Shown here piece after piece: positions 19,583 through 20,000 of a stretch of DNA of 20,000 nt. Location: positions 180,807-200,806 of the forward strand of contig JAVKOQ020000075.1 of the NCBI GenBank assembly GCA_031835245.2. The letters are read 5' to 3'. Origin of the DNA: Balamuthia mandrillaris. Its lineage: Eukaryota. The notes beneath the pieces were generated by a model. It made no database searches, was not told where the DNA came from, and was given only the letters and a program-made list of their open reading frames with translations. The translations under genes were made by a program, and so were the position numbers. The first letter of the stretch is position 1. Every line of letters begins with the position of its first letter.

Positions 19583-20000
19583 TGGTGTTTTTATTGTTGA
19601 CACAGTAAATTGCAAAGCGAGGCATTGTAGCAGATTGGCACAAATGAGGATACACGTGAAGTAGTGATTGGTTAAAAGCAGATGAACCAGCCAACGAATG
19701 CCCGTAAGTTAGTCTGACTTTTCTCTTTTTTTTTTTTTTTTTTTTGTACAGGTGAGACAACAAAAGGAATGCTCCAAACAACCACCATGCGGAGATGCTT
19801 CTTCTCTCTCGCGTACTTTCTTCTCTTGTTGTGATGTCCTTTCTTTTGTGTCTGTCCTTCGTCCAATCGTTTCTCTTCATCCGTTCTTTTCCCTCCGACA
19901 AGATCGTTTTCTAATTTTTCATTTATTCTTGGAACAACAGCTAGTAAGCTTGCGGTCCTCAGTCGTGCTTTTTCATGGCAGCGGGATTAAACTCAAATAC

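Noticed and set aside
1..20000. CRISPR arrays, rRNA, tRNA or snoRNA genes
   Set aside because: None seen; the only tRNA-like sequence is the PBS, and the repeats are microsatellites and LTRs.

Overview
This is gene-dense, intron-rich eukaryotic DNA with short GT-AG introns and poly-T, (CT)n and (TCT)n tracts. By style it resembles an amoebozoan or other protist, which is an inference only. From left to right the window holds: (1) a 9-exon type I membrane protein with two Cu/Zn-SOD-fold domains lacking most metal ligands and a LAMP-like YQTV tail; (2) an ankyrin + F-box-like + degenerate Ras-like protein; (3) a PX-BAR sorting nexin; (4) an AlkB-family 2OG-Fe(II) oxygenase; (5) a p24/TMED2 cargo receptor; (6) a 3xCUE/coiled-coil protein ending in a candidate capping-protein-interaction (CPI) motif; (7) two weak small ORFs; (8) a signal-bearing PhyH dioxygenase fused to two cupin domains; (9) a frameshifted secreted GATase1-like gene; and (10) a very recent Ty1/copia LTR retrotransposon. 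The element has identical 190-bp LTRs, a TGGTG target-site duplication and a half-tRNAiMet primer-binding site. Its single open ORF has an in-frame deletion from the integrase catalytic Glu to mid-RT. All gene models were spliced by eye and all family calls rest on motif recognition, with no database searches.
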